Assembly: GCA_964016885.1 (NCBI GenBank) | Contig: OZ024741.1 | Location: forward strand, 205,468,001-205,532,000 | Length of the DNA: 64,000 bases | Direction of reading: 5' to 3' | Origin: Eledone cirrhosa | Lineage: Eukaryota | In this document: positions 26,541 to 39,300 of the stretch, piece after piece | Layout of the letters: the number at the start of each line of letters is the position of its first letter | Numbering within the stretch: position 1 is the first letter of the stretch | The notes under the pieces: model-generated | Database searches by the model: none | Seen by the model: the letters and a program-made list of their open reading frames with translations, nothing else | Told to the model about the DNA's origin: nothing | Program-made: the position numbers and the translations under genes

Positions 26541-27958
26541 GTGAAAACACACAAACAGGGATCCGACCTGAAGATCAGGCCCATTGTATCGAGCGTGGAA
26601 GGACCACTCTACAAAATTTTATGGCTCCTAGCCAGAATACTCAAACCCATCTTAGACACCTTGCCGGGACACGTTAACAGCTCCGAGGAGGTGTTGAGGC
26701 GCCTGCATCAAATGGATCCCGACACCAGAAGGAATAACAGATATGCCTTCAGCCTTGATGTAGTCGCTCTCTACACCTCGGTCCCGGCACTCCCGGCCGT
26801 CAATATACTGATGGAACGCGTCCAATCCACCGACCTACACTGCTTTGGGCTCACCACCACTGACATCCACCAACTCCTATCCATCGTCGTCGACAACATC
26901 TACTTCGGATTCCTTGACCAAACATACCAACAAACCTCGGGACTGCCCATGGGATCAAGCCTGTCGGGTGTGCTAGCGATCTCTTACATGGACAGCCTCG
27001 AGCGCAAGGCACTCAACGCCTGCCATCCCGACGCCGTCGCCTTTTTCTCAAGGTACGTGGACGATATCCTCACATCTTCCCAAGACATGGCGAACAGAAT
27101 CTATGAGACGTTCAACAACACGGACGAGAACATTGACTTCAGTGTTGAACACCCCAACGAAGACGGGTCACTTGCCCTCCTCGACTTCCGAATCAACATC
27201 ACGGAACAGGGAGGGATCCACTGCAACTTCTACCGAAAGGCAGCCTGCAGGGACCTGTTCGTCCACTACAAGTCCGCCCTCCCTAACAGTGCCAAAAGAG
27301 GATACACCACGAACGAGATCGCGCGAATCAAAAACAGATGCAGCGATCCCGCGAGTGGTGTCACTCATACCAAGCGATTCCTCGAGGTACTGGAGACGAA
27401 CGGTTACCTACCTCGCTCACAGACAGAGTAGGAGACACCAGACACAAGAGACAGAGAGGCACCCAAAGCAAGTGCTTCCTTAAAATGCCACACCTGGGCG
27501 AGAATACCACCAACGCTATCCGCAAGGCTATACGGAGGGAGGGCCTCGGCATCCACCTGGCCCACTCGGGCCCCTCCCTGCGAAGATGCCTCTCCAGGAA
27601 ACCCGGGAAATCAACTGACGCGTGCTCCCTCAGAGACTGCCCGATGCGCCATGCGAACTGTTGCCTACGCACATACGTCGTGTATAAGATAGAATGTAAC
27701 AAGTGCAACCAATACTATATAGGTAGCACAATCCGGCCGTTGCACATCCGGATCAAGGAACACACTAAAACCAGGGCCTCGTCTTTCCGGAAACACATAG
27801 CCAAATGCGGAAACAAATACGGAAGGCCCATTGTCACAATTCTAGCGACAGAAAGAAACGTCGGCACGTTACGTATCAAGGAAGCACTTTGGATCAAACG
27901 CCTAGGGCCACAATTAAACAACCGATCAGAGAGAAGCGAAATGAGGTGGTTGGTTTAA
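26541..27958 (+). pseudogene. PLE RT (26541-27431) plus GIY-YIG endonuclease (to 27958), one frameshift
   Basis: KTHK...IRPIVS, SLDVVALYTSVP, GLPMGSSLS, RYVDD, LDF; VVYKIECNKCNQYYIGSTIRPLHIRIKEH...IKEALWIK...LN. Confidence 0.92.
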
Positions 27959-28642
27959 GTTAACAAACGATGCAGCAACATACGCACACACACACACAAG
28001 CGAAACAGCAACACACGCACACACACACAGTAGCATTCCACCATACGAACATATTACACTGCCAATACAGAGGAACAAGGCAACACATGCACACACACAC
28101 TCAAGCGAGACAACAACACACGCACACACACACACACAGTAACATTCACCAAACAGGCAGAGAATGGACTGACAGCTAGCGCCACCCCACTCCCACAATT
28201 GAAAGAACTACTTCGGCCGCTGACCTCTGCCTGACCGACCCCATTTCACGCGCAGGCGCGCTCTGTTGAATACCTCAGATATTCAAAACAACGAACAGCG
28301 GAGGACACGTTTCGCACCTTTCCGACAGACCCCCCCCCCCCCCCCCCGGAAAAACCCCAGTTGATGGACGTGAATCCGAAATATATAGGGAAATTAAATC
28401 TCTCTCAAGGTAACTCTCTCTCGTGTTGTTATTTTTATTTTTTTCCTTTACGCTCTTTCCTTCATTCCTCTACACGTCTTATACACGCCACGCATCTCAA
28501 CGTACACCCACTTACATCTCTCTCTCCACCACCGGATCTTGTTACCCGGAGATTTACCCATCTGCATTGTCGAGGCTTCCAAACGACTTCAAGAAATTTA
28601 CCTTATTATTCCATAATGCTTCAAGCAAACTTCAATACTCTC
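26541..28642 (+). mobile_element. 5'-truncated Penelope/Poseidon-type PLE inserted in (TA)n
   Basis: RT and GIY-YIG coding region followed by a 3' region with an HHR-like GAAA-TATA-TA motif at ~28357-28390; TA runs at both ends. Confidence 0.9.
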
Positions 28643-29649
28643 ATATATATATATATATATAAGTTTAGGAATAACCAAAGAGTGCTTAGAAATACATTGC
28701 TTTATTTGCTAACAGTGTTTCATCCATACCCTAGGGCAGGAATCATAAGAGCCTATAAACAAAAGTATATCAAAGGTTGCAGGCTCTATCGAGCCTAGTC
28801 ACCAGAACAAGGAAGAAGTAGGGGGGCACACAATACATGATACATATAATGTCACAAGAAATTTCATCAAAAGTTTATCACATAAATGGTGCAATAGATC
28901 ATAAGGAGGTTGAGAGAGGAGAGCAAGAAATGAATTAGGGAGTTAATCAGCATGATAAAAAAACAAACCAAGCATAGATACATCAATTCACAAGCAGTGC
29001 AAGTACATGATTTACAGGCAGAGTATGAAAGCTTGTAATCAGGAGTCAGTAAACAGAAAAGTTGGTTAGCTGTGGTGCAGCTTTACAGGCAGGATTGTTT
29101 ATAGGAAAAATGGTGCACCATTTTTCCTATAAACAATACTTTTATTAATGTTTCTATATTCTCTATCTCTTCCACCTTTTCTTTTACTTCTTCTTGGCTA
29201 ATCAATATGTTGGGCCTCGTCGATATCACTTCTTTTCAGTTACAGCTTATGGGTAACTTTTCTCTTATTTGTAAAAAAAAAAAGATGTCGTTAAGACTAT
29301 TGTTTTGTACTTTATCCATTTGCTACTGTCCCTTGTGCACTAGAACCAGCTATATTGATCTTAAAGTACTGAAACAACGTATCTCTAGCGGTCGACTGAT
29401 GAGATGGGACTTGTCTGTATTCGTTCATATTTTTTATTCAATATGGAAGTGTCCATAGAAGTGGTAACTTAATTAGCAGGTGGAAGAGGGTGTTCTGTGA
29501 GCATAATAGCTAGTATAAGGATAGGATGGGAATAGTTTAGAGAGTTACTCCCACAGTTGGCTACAAAAGTTTCTCCCTGTGTACAAAAGGATTACTGTAT
29601 GGCGTCTGCGAGCGAACTGCGATGCTGCATGGTAGTGAATCATGGGCTG

Positions 29650-30047
29650 TGATTACAGAGGGCATGCGCAGATGGGAGAAAAATGACGCAACCATGCTTC
29701 GTTAGATGTGCAATGTAGTGTGAGAGAAAGGCAGAGCTTGGACGAGCTTGGGAGAAGCTGGGTTTAAGAGGGATCCGAGGTGGTGTGCAGGAAAGAAGAC
29801 TGCATTGGTATGGACATGTGATGCAAATGGATGAGGATCAATGGGTGAAGAAGTGCCAGGAAATGTCAGTGGAAGGAAGCTGCAGTAAAGGTAGACCAAG
29901 AAAGAGCTAGGCAGAGGTGGTGAGAGCTGACTTAAAATTGGTGAGATTCACAGAGGAGATGACGAAGGAACGCGGTGAGTGGAGAGATGCTGAGAAGGAT
30001 CCGTCCAACCAATGCATGCGTGGAAAAACGGACGTAAAAATGATGAT
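29650..30047 (+). mobile_element. RTE-clade LINE 3' end
   Basis: QERRLHWYGHVM...GRPRKS*AEVVRADL; tail ACGTAAAAATGATGAT. Confidence 0.75.
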
Positions 30048-30058
30048 ATACATATATG

Positions 30059-30114
<56 letters not shown>

Positions 30115-30116
<2 letters not shown>

Positions 30117-30421
30117 GTGGAGCCTCGGTTCACGAATTTAATTTCTTCCCGAAATGTTCGTAAACCGATACTAACATTCCTATACGAAATGTTGAGGGAG
30201 AAATAGTGTGTGAAAGACAGATAGATATTACCACAGTAAGCAACTACATAGCAAGCGACGCCTTCCGCCGATACTCCTAGCCTTTCGCTTACCGTTGTTG
30301 TCGGCTTGTGTGTTCGTTACTCGAGACACCGGTCGTCATCCAAGACGTTTTGTGTTCAGATAAATTGTTCGTGAACCGATTTGTTCGTGATGAGAGTTGT
30401 TTGTGAATTGAGGTTCCTCTG
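30115..30421. mobile_element. Tc1/mariner (pogo-like) MITE
   Basis: Imperfect TIRs CAGTGGAGCCTCGGTTCAC / GTGAATTGAGGTTCCTCTG followed by TA. Confidence 0.7.
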
Positions 30422-30866
30422 TATATATATGCCTATCTTTCTCCTTCCAACCCCCTTTTCCTAACTCCCTGTACTACATCTACCTGTTCTCTCTCTATCC
30501 GAACTTTCGTGAACCTAATATAATTGTATTTTTGCATTCCTGTGTTTGTTTTATTTTGTTTCATCTTCCCAACGGTCTCGAAGGCGGCGACAGCAAGCGG
30601 TGTGGAGCGCTAGGGCACGGCAAGGCACTACAGACGTCGTGGCCATCCACTGTAGCCAAGGAAGTCCCTGGTCGTGACGGTCCTCCGTCCACCGGATTCT
30701 GGCTTCTGCGGCCGAGTGAGTGGGACCGTCACTGTCCACAGGTTACTTCTTTAGCGTGCACTCCCAAAGCCCTGCGGCGATGGGATCGGCCTCCACAGCC
30801 ACCTTTGCACCCACGGCAGACGGGAACAACAATGAAGAAGATGTCATCATCGTTTACGATGGACAA

Positions 30867-30926
<60 letters not shown>

Positions 30927-31136
30927 AACGATCGACTTTCGTCAAATCGGACCGAGGGAACAATGTTTCCGTTGGTCTTTCCAATTGGTAATACTATCTA
31001 TCGGTCGCAACTCCAGGTAGAAGGAGCAACGTGAAATAAAGTGTCTTGCTCAAGGACATAACGCATCGCCTGGTCCAGGAATCGAACCTCACAACCTTAC
31101 GATTGCGAATCCAATTCTCTAAGCACTCAGCCACAC

Positions 31137-31220
<84 letters not shown>

Positions 31221-31224
<4 letters not shown>

Positions 31225-31712
31225 CCGAATTACCCGCGCCTTGCTGCGTTTCAGACATTTTTCTTGTAAGAAAATGATGATTGATTTTAAATCAGTGATA
31301 TAATTTATGGAGAAAAAACTGCAACTCAATATTACTCAATGTAATATGTAATGCTTGAAAAATTGGAAAACATTATTTTTTGTAATATGTCAAATCAAAA
31401 TTACATTATTAAATCTTATTCTTATTTTGTTTCTTGTAAATAATTTTTTTCAAAATATCAATTCAAAACTTTTGTGAATAGGAATCATATCTTGTCATTT
31501 ACCTATGGTTTAAATTTCATATACATCGAAGGGAAAAAATTTTCAGCGGGGGTTTTGAGACACAGGGGAACACTTTAATTAAAATGAAATATACTTATCC
31601 AAGTTCCCTGGGCAATGTAGTTTCAGAATATATATGGTTATGGAGGTCTCTCCAAAACCCTAGTAGTTTGTGAACAAACAAACAAACAGACAGGAATACA
31701 ACTTTATATATA
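31221..31712 (-). mobile_element. Non-autonomous Helitron
   Basis: Minus-strand 3' end GC hairpin + CTAG at 31221; 5' end TATATAAAGTTG...(GTTT)n. Confidence 0.6.
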
Positions 31713-32504
31713 TATATATACGCGGAAAAGTAAGAAATCGGAGAACAGACCGTTAATACATATTTATTTAAAACAGCACCTACGTACGTTTCGCCCGGAT
31801 GGGCTTCTCAAGGGCATAAATAACTAAAAGTGTTCCTTACATGGCCCGGAAAGTGTTTTGGGGGGTAAGTTCACGCCAGAGTTCATTCTTCGCAAGAAAA
31901 GCGTGTTGTGATTTTGCAGTAGGTCAAGGGAGGTAACTTTGCCGGTGTAACTTTCCCGGACAAATTCTTTATCCGTTACAAGATGTGGTTACAACCTTAC
32001 AATTGTCGATACGCACAGGGTCAGGTAAGCAACGCTTATTTTGAGACGTTTGTTTGTTTGCACCTGTCCGCTTGGGTCATTTGAAGCTGGGTCTGGGATG
32101 CATAGTTAGTTTCCGGATGTTTTTTGCAGCGCCTTCCCGCCGGGGTGTTAAAGCTTGTTGCAGGGAGACTCGGTATACGGTTTCACTCCTCATCTTTATC
32201 CCATCTGAAGAAGGATATTTTAAAGCGATGTGTACAGCTTATCGTCGTTTCAGCTCTGCTGTTGATGAGCTCGTGGGGTGCAGTTATGATGTGGTAGAGC
32301 TCCATGAGGCAAAGATTGCACTTCCTCTTGAAGTTGTACGGTGCAGCCCTGCCGACAATAACCCAGTGCGTGGAGAAGCTGACGTTTAAGTCTTTTAATG
32401 ATGCGATGTAGTCCGCGAGCGAAGTGGAGTGTCTTAATTTCTTATTTGTGAAACAGTGGAGATTTGTTCAAAATCTAATTTTGAACGGGCCAGAGGTAGC
32501 CCTA

Positions 32505-34315
32505 AAAAAGAAATAGACATAGTTCTAGCGGCGCGTAGAACCATTATCCAGTTCGAAGGCTCCCACTGGACCAGAACCAACCGTCCTGATAACTTCGATA
32601 TCACGGTGGGGTCCAGCGACTCAGCGCAAGCAACTGACCTGGTCGGAATATACCTCCTCCATAAGCTTAGGGACGAGATACCGGCCCTACAAGGAGGTGA
32701 ATATAGGGACGACGGCTTGTTTACCGTTAGGAACCATAGCCCTCGTAGGATAGAGAACCTTAACAAGCATATACACAGATTCTTCAAGTCATACGGCCTA
32801 TCCGTAACTATAGACCTCAACCACCAGGTTGTCAACTTCCTGGACGTGACCCTGGAGAGAGCCTTTCTTATATTAATGATGCCTCCAACCACCCTAAGCA
32901 GACCCTCAACTGCATAGTCTATAGCATCTCACATAGAATCTCGAGGCTCTCCGCCAATGAGGATATCTTCAACCAAGCGGCAGATTACTACAATAGGGCC
33001 TTGATAAGCGCTGGCTTTAACCGAGAAATTTCCTACATCCCTAACGCTAGCTCCAGAAACCCCCCTCATAAGATGAATGTTATAGTAAGCCATACCTATA
33101 ACAGATCACGCGGCGACTTCGTAGGAGTCGGATATAATAGTATAGATAATCGCACCAAGGAACACGGCCACAATGTTAATTACACTGGCGATGGTATAGA
33201 TAACTTACCACACAATAAAGATCACGACCCCGGTGACAGTGACCACTGTAGCCTACTCGAATTATTCCCCTACTATAAAATCAACAAAGGCGACGGCCTA
33301 CTACCAACGCCTTCCAACCAACATCTTCCTGTACATAAACATAGAAAAAGGAAGAAGAGTGCACCCGAGCATAAAGTGAAAGGGGCACGTAACGGGCTAC
33401 TGCACATTAACATGCATAAGAACGGTCACCTTGATGGAACCACCCGTAGCAAACGTACAAGTAATCGACACCGTAAAATCCTATGGTTCCATCCCCCTAC
33501 TCTCGGAGTGTGGCCTCCAACATACCCCGGATATTCTTCGAAGCCTTAGAGAAGAACTTCCCACCCAACCATAGGTATAGAAAAATCCTTAATAGGAACA
33601 ATATAAAAATATCCTTCTCTACTACTCCTAACCTAGCAGACATCTTAGGAACAACTAACCACAGTAAGATCATCAAGACAGCCGCACCTACACCTGACAA
33701 TAACTATATCGGCCTTAACGACTCCCTAGCAGCATCCAATAGTGCTGGCAACAGCCTCTACAGGCGCAACCAGCATAACCGCGACATGCAGGACATGAGG
33801 TGCGGAATAATAATCGTACCACCCCGCGCACAGTGGGTTATAATGGTGCTAACGACAGGTGCGGAGGCGTAGATAACAACGTAGATAGTAATAATGATAG
33901 CCTTACCGTGGGAATTAGAAGGGACCGCGACAGGGGACGCTGCCCCCTTAGACGATACTGCTTGACTGATAGAGTTATATATAAATGCACTGTAACTAGC
34001 CACAATAGCGTTAAACATTATATAGGGGCTACCCCTGGCCCGTTCAAAATTAGATTTCGAACAAATCTCCACTCTTTCACAAATAAGAAATTAAGACACT
34101 CTACTTCGCTCGCGGACTACATCACATCATTAAAAGACTTAAACATCAGCTTCTCCACGCACTGGGATATTGTCGGCAGGGTTGCACCGTACAACTTCAA
34201 GAGAAGTGCAATCTTTGCCTCATGGAGCTCTACCACATCATAACTGCACCCCACGAGCTCATCAACAGCAGAGCTGAAACGACGATAAGCTGTACACATC
34301 GCTTAAAAATATCCT
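32505..34315 (+). pseudogene. PLE RT-linker-GIY-YIG, multiply frameshifted
   Basis: ORF pieces 32456-32917, 33001-33549, 33483-33872 and 33800-34243. Confidence 0.85.
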
Positions 34316-34717
34316 TCTTCAGATGGGATAAGGATGAGGAGTGAAACCGTATACCGGGTCTCCCTGCAACAAGCTTTAACACCCCGGCGGGCAGGCGCTG
34401 AAAAAAAACATCCGGAAACTAACCATGCATCCCAGACCCAGTTTCAAATGACCCAGGCGTGCAGGTGCAAACAAACAAACGTCTCAAAATAAGCGTTGCT
34501 TACCTGACCCTGTGCGTATCGACAATGGTAAGGCTGTAATCACATCTTGTAACGGATAACAAATTTGTCCGGGAAAGACTGCCCTAACACCGGCAGAGTT
34601 ACCTCCCTTGACCTACTGCAAAATCAAAACACGATTTTTTGGCGAAGAATGAACTCTGACGTGAACTTACCCCCCAAAACACTTTTCGGGCCATGTAAGG
34701 AACACTTTTAGTTATTT

Positions 34718-34760
34718 ATGCCCTTGAGAAGCCCATCCGGGCGAAACGTACGTAGGTGCT
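34718..34760 (+). ncRNA. Variant hammerhead motif in PLE pseudo-LTR
   Basis: CTTGAGAA-GCCC atcc GGGC-GAAA-CGTACG-TA with palindromic stem III; the core deviates from CUGANGA. Confidence 0.45.
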
Positions 34761-34988
34761 GTTTTAAATAAACATGTATCTATTAACGGTCTGTTCTCCG
34801 ATTTCTCACTTTTCCACGTGCTTCCGCTCTGCTAACTCTCTCGCCCACTAAATATTAACACTTCTAATATTTAATACTGCCGGCACTAGTATTGAGCACC
34901 TTCTGCATACGCTATTTGGCAAATAACTACATGTATCACCTATCCCTCCTTTTTTTCTCTCTCTCGATACTCTAATACTCTCTCTCTC

Positions 34989-35068
<80 letters not shown>

Positions 35069-35073
<5 letters not shown>

Positions 35074-36368
35074 ATAAACGTGCTGCGGAGTTGCAAATGG
35101 GTTACATATGAATAAAGTGGTCCTTCATCAGTGATCTTCCAACCATCATCGGTATTTCTTCGCTTTAAAGACCATATACCTCCGGTTGGTGCGAGCAACG
35201 ACTAAAGAAAGTCGTTGGGACATGTAAATAAAGGGAACAGCGAGAGTGTAAACAAACAAAGATGGTGAAGCAACGAAAAGTGAGGAAGAACGAGTCAAGT
35301 CCCAAATTTCCATGAATATATGTTCGGTGAAATCGTGAACGAGAGAGAATAAAGACCATCAAACCTGGTGGAAATGTGAGCAAGGAAGGAATTTCGCACA
35401 GGTCTATCGGGAGGAAGAAGGGGTCTAGTCCGTGAATTCGGTAAACATAAGTTCTGTGAAATCGTAGACGATAGAGAACAAATGCCAACCGGCCTGGCCA
35501 AGCGTGCGAAAGAAAAGAATTACGCACAGGTCAAACGGGAAGGAGGAGGAGGAGAGGTAGTAACAGAGAGTGAGTGAGTGAAGGGTGAGGAAGGGGATAA
35601 CAGAGAGAGTGACTGTTATGACCCAACGACTTTCTTTAGCCGTTGCTCGCACCAACCGGAGGTATATGATATTTAAAGCGAAGAAATACCGATGATGGTT
35701 GGAAGATCACTGATGGAGGACCACTTTATTCATATGTAAGCCATTTGCAACTCCGCAGCACGTTTATTCTCATATTTACACATATTTTTTCCTCCGCTGT
35801 GACCCGTCTATTTCGTTCTTACTGCTTCCTCTTTCTCTGTATCTTTACCCTCTCTAACAGTCACTCTCTCTATTAGCCTCTTCCTCACCCTTCACTCACT
35901 CACTCTCTGTTACTACCTCTCCTCCTCCTCCTTCCCGTTTGACCTGTGCGTAATTCTATTCTTTCGCACGCTTGGCCAGGCCGGTTGGCATTTTTTCTCT
36001 CTCTCGTCTACGATTTCACAGAACTTATGTTTACCGAATTCACGGACTAGACCCCTTCTTCCTCCCGTTAGACCTGTGCGAAATTCCTTCCTTGCTCACA
36101 TTTCAACCAGGTTTGATGGTCTTTATTCTCTCTCGTTCACGATTTCACCGAACTTATATTCATGGAAATTTGGGACTTGACTCGTTCTTCCTCACTTTTC
36201 GTTGCTTCACCATCTTTGTTTGTTTACACTCTCACTGCTCCCTTTATTTACATGTCCCAACGACTTTCTTTAGCCGTTGCTCGCTCCAACCGGAGGTATA
36301 TGGTCTTTAAAGCGAAGAAATACCGATGATGGTTGGAAGATCACTGATGAAGGACCACTTTATTCATA
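35069..36368 (+). mobile_element. Non-coding PLE-type element: inverted arm plus 634 bp unit with terminal redundancy
   Basis: 35069-35617 is inverted relative to 35857-36368 and 35735-35772; 35622-35734 repeats at 36256-36368; TA-flanked. Confidence 0.7.
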
Positions 36369-36391
36369 TATATATATATATATATATATAT

Positions 36392-39300
36392 TAGTAATAA
36401 TAATAAATTTGAAGACTAAAATCCAAAGAAGGCTCGATAAGGATAAATATATATCAAATATATAAGAACCGTAGAGCAAATATTTATTAAAATAACAGAT
36501 TAAAGTTTAAGCAAAGAATCGCTGCTTTCACCCTTAACGGGATCTTCTGAAACTAACAAAGTCAATCTGTAAACGCAGAAGTGAATACTTCAAAAAACGT
36601 TGCAACCGGAGGAAGACAGGAAGACGATACTTTGGTTCGTGGAAACGTTCCCTGGCAAAGAACGGGAAAAAACGAATATAATACGTCATTATTTGGAGCG
36701 GTGAAAAACAATTACACACAAAGATAGAACCACGTTTATGGTATAAAAGAAGTCGTAGACTAATATTCTCATAGGTGGTTCATAGAGACGTTCTCTGGCA
36801 ATGAACGGAAAAAACGAAGATAATACGTCATATGTGGATCGTGGAGAACAATTGCACGCAAAGACAAAACCACGTAAATGGTATAACTGAAGTCGTAGAC
36901 TAAAATTCTAACTAGGAAACCGAAAGATTCTCCGCTTCAGAGTTAAGAATAAAGTAAAAAAATACAATACAGAGGTAATAGAAATTAAATAAATACATAC
37001 ACGCATGCAAATACGTACATACACAAGCATACGCGAAAACACTTGCCATAGGTATACAAAACCACGCACATATAAATATGTGTGTGTGTGTGTGTGCGTG
37101 TATACAAATAATTAAATAAACGTATATAAATAAATAAATACGTATATAACAAGTGCACCCACATACCTACATGTAAGGACACAAATGTTCGGAGACGTAC
37201 GTCAACCAAAACACGAAGTACACATATACACACACCCTACATACGTACGAACCCACATACTCACACAGACGCAAAACTCACGTATACACATAACCAAAAG
37301 CATATGTACCAGAATATATAAAATATACGCCATAACATACAATCAAATATACGTACGAGAGAGTATACGTACCTTCACAAAACATACAGATAATATATAC
37401 TTACCTATGCAAATAAGTAATGGTATAAACATAACATATACTTAGCTACCACATCAAGACGTAAAATATCCGCGTATAGATCGTACTATCCGTTAGTATT
37501 CCATTTGGCACATTTATGTAAATTACAAATTTATCCCGTAAACTTAGATTTTATCCCCTGATGCCCCCCTTTAAAAAATAAATTAACATTAACAGTTTCC
37601 TCCTTACAAAAATCTCCGTAAAATAAATATATCATTGAGGGACATTCTACAAGTTTAACTAATAAGTTTAAATAATTCATGGTCCACTTGTGTCTGCGGT
37701 GTGAGAGTTAAGTTGACTGTGTTGCTTAAGATCAGAATGAGTGTTATGGTGATGTTTTTCATTCAAAACAAAACACAAAAAATAAATCTTTTTTACATTG
37801 TTCAAATACTGTGTCTTTCATTTAGTTCTACTATCACAAAGGAGTGAAAAATATATTCTTAAAACTGAAAAAAATTCATTTTGGATTTTAGTCTTCAAAT
37901 TTATTATTATTACTATTTGGCTCCCTCGGTTGAGCACTATTGACTTATATTCATCATGCAGAAACAACATCTGAATATTTCTACAAAGAACATACTCGTA
38001 CCAAGCAGGAAAACATACCTAAAACTCCTGATACAGATAACAGACGCGTTCATTAAAAGGTTGCGTTGGCGGGCCTTTTATTTCGATAATCCGCGAAAAG
38101 CAGACAACAAACAGGATAAATTTGGGTTTAAGACCTATAATAACCCTCCGTGTAACCCAGCATGACTACCCTTCGAAAATGATGTCTTGGAACTCATACG
38201 GAGTATCAAATTTCGGAATAGGAGCAATTCCTTCCAGCAGGACCTGAAGAATAGAATTCGTTCTATTAAGGATTCTAATGCCGTGCACGTCCATTCCGAC
38301 AAAACTGGCAACCTATATCAAGTGGAACGCAGTACTTACCATCAACTACTACATAATGTTGTAACTAAGGATTACCGTAAAACTATTCGGTGCGTTATCA
38401 ATGAAATCAACGATGCTGGGTTTAAAATCACCTCTGATCTCAACATCCTGGACCGGACGGAACCTCTGGACCCTATTTCTCCCCACTTTACCCTGAAGGA
38501 TCACAAATCCAATTTTCTGAACAACCCCTCTATTCGGCTTATTAACCCTACGAAGTCCAATTTAGGTAGACTTAGTAAAACGATTCTTGATAGAATTATA
38601 CCTGAAATTAGAAGTGTGGCCCCTCTTGCACTGTGGAACAATTCTTTCGCGGTGATTGATTGGTTCAACGGCATATGCAACAAGGAACAATGTCGTTTTA
38701 TCCAATTCGACATCAACAATTACTACTCCTCCATCACTTTACCACTCCTCCTTAGAGCTATCAATTTCGCTAAAACACTCACAGTGGTTAAGGATTTCGA
38801 AGTTGATGTCATCCTCAATGCCCGAAAGTCGGTGATTAATTTCGATGACTCTATTTGGATTAAAAAATCCAATAGTACCCCATTCGACGTGAGTATGGGC
38901 GCCAGCGATTCTGCGGAGGTTACTGATCTTATCGGCCTTTTCCTTCTTTTCTCTATCAAGGACGAATTCCCCAACGTGGGCGGTGGTTTTTACCGTGATG
39001 ATGGTATTTTGACCATGACTAAGTGCGGCCCTCGTGCTTGCGACAGGTTCAGAAAAGAACTCACAGCCTTCTTTAAAGGCTTCAACCTCTCTATACAGGT
39101 TGAGGCCAACCTCTCGGTCGTTAATTACCTCGACGTTACCCTCAATTTATCGAATGGTTTGTATTACCCGTATAGAAAGCCAAATGATACGCTTAATTAC
39201 ATAAGTAAGCATTCCAACTATCCTGCCAGCATAACCAAGAATCTGGTAAGAAACGTTTCGTTGAGGCTTTCCTGTCTATCTACTAACGAGCATATTTTCA

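Larger units (their letters stand above)
31722..34950 (+). mobile_element. Naiad-like PLE, 5'-truncated, with ~790 bp inverted pseudo-LTR
   Basis: 31722-32504 is the reverse complement of 34024-34819. RT motifs FDITVGSSDSAQATDLVG, YRDDG, VNFLDVTL. GIY-YIG motifs CPL...CL, IYKC, YIG...FKIRF. Confidence 0.92.

Noticed and set aside
26541-27431. Telomerase, retron or group II intron RT
   Set aside because: The motifs and the downstream GIY-YIG domain identify a Penelope-like element
38163-38165. In-frame TGA joining ORFs 37956-38165 and 38187-39452 as selenocysteine, since some Naiad PLEs are reported to encode selenoproteins
   Set aside because: It falls where related proteins appear to have Leu (PPxxxxLxxFExD), so TTA>TGA decay is simpler. 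The copy has other lesions and I see no SECIS. A family consensus retaining TGA would reopen this.
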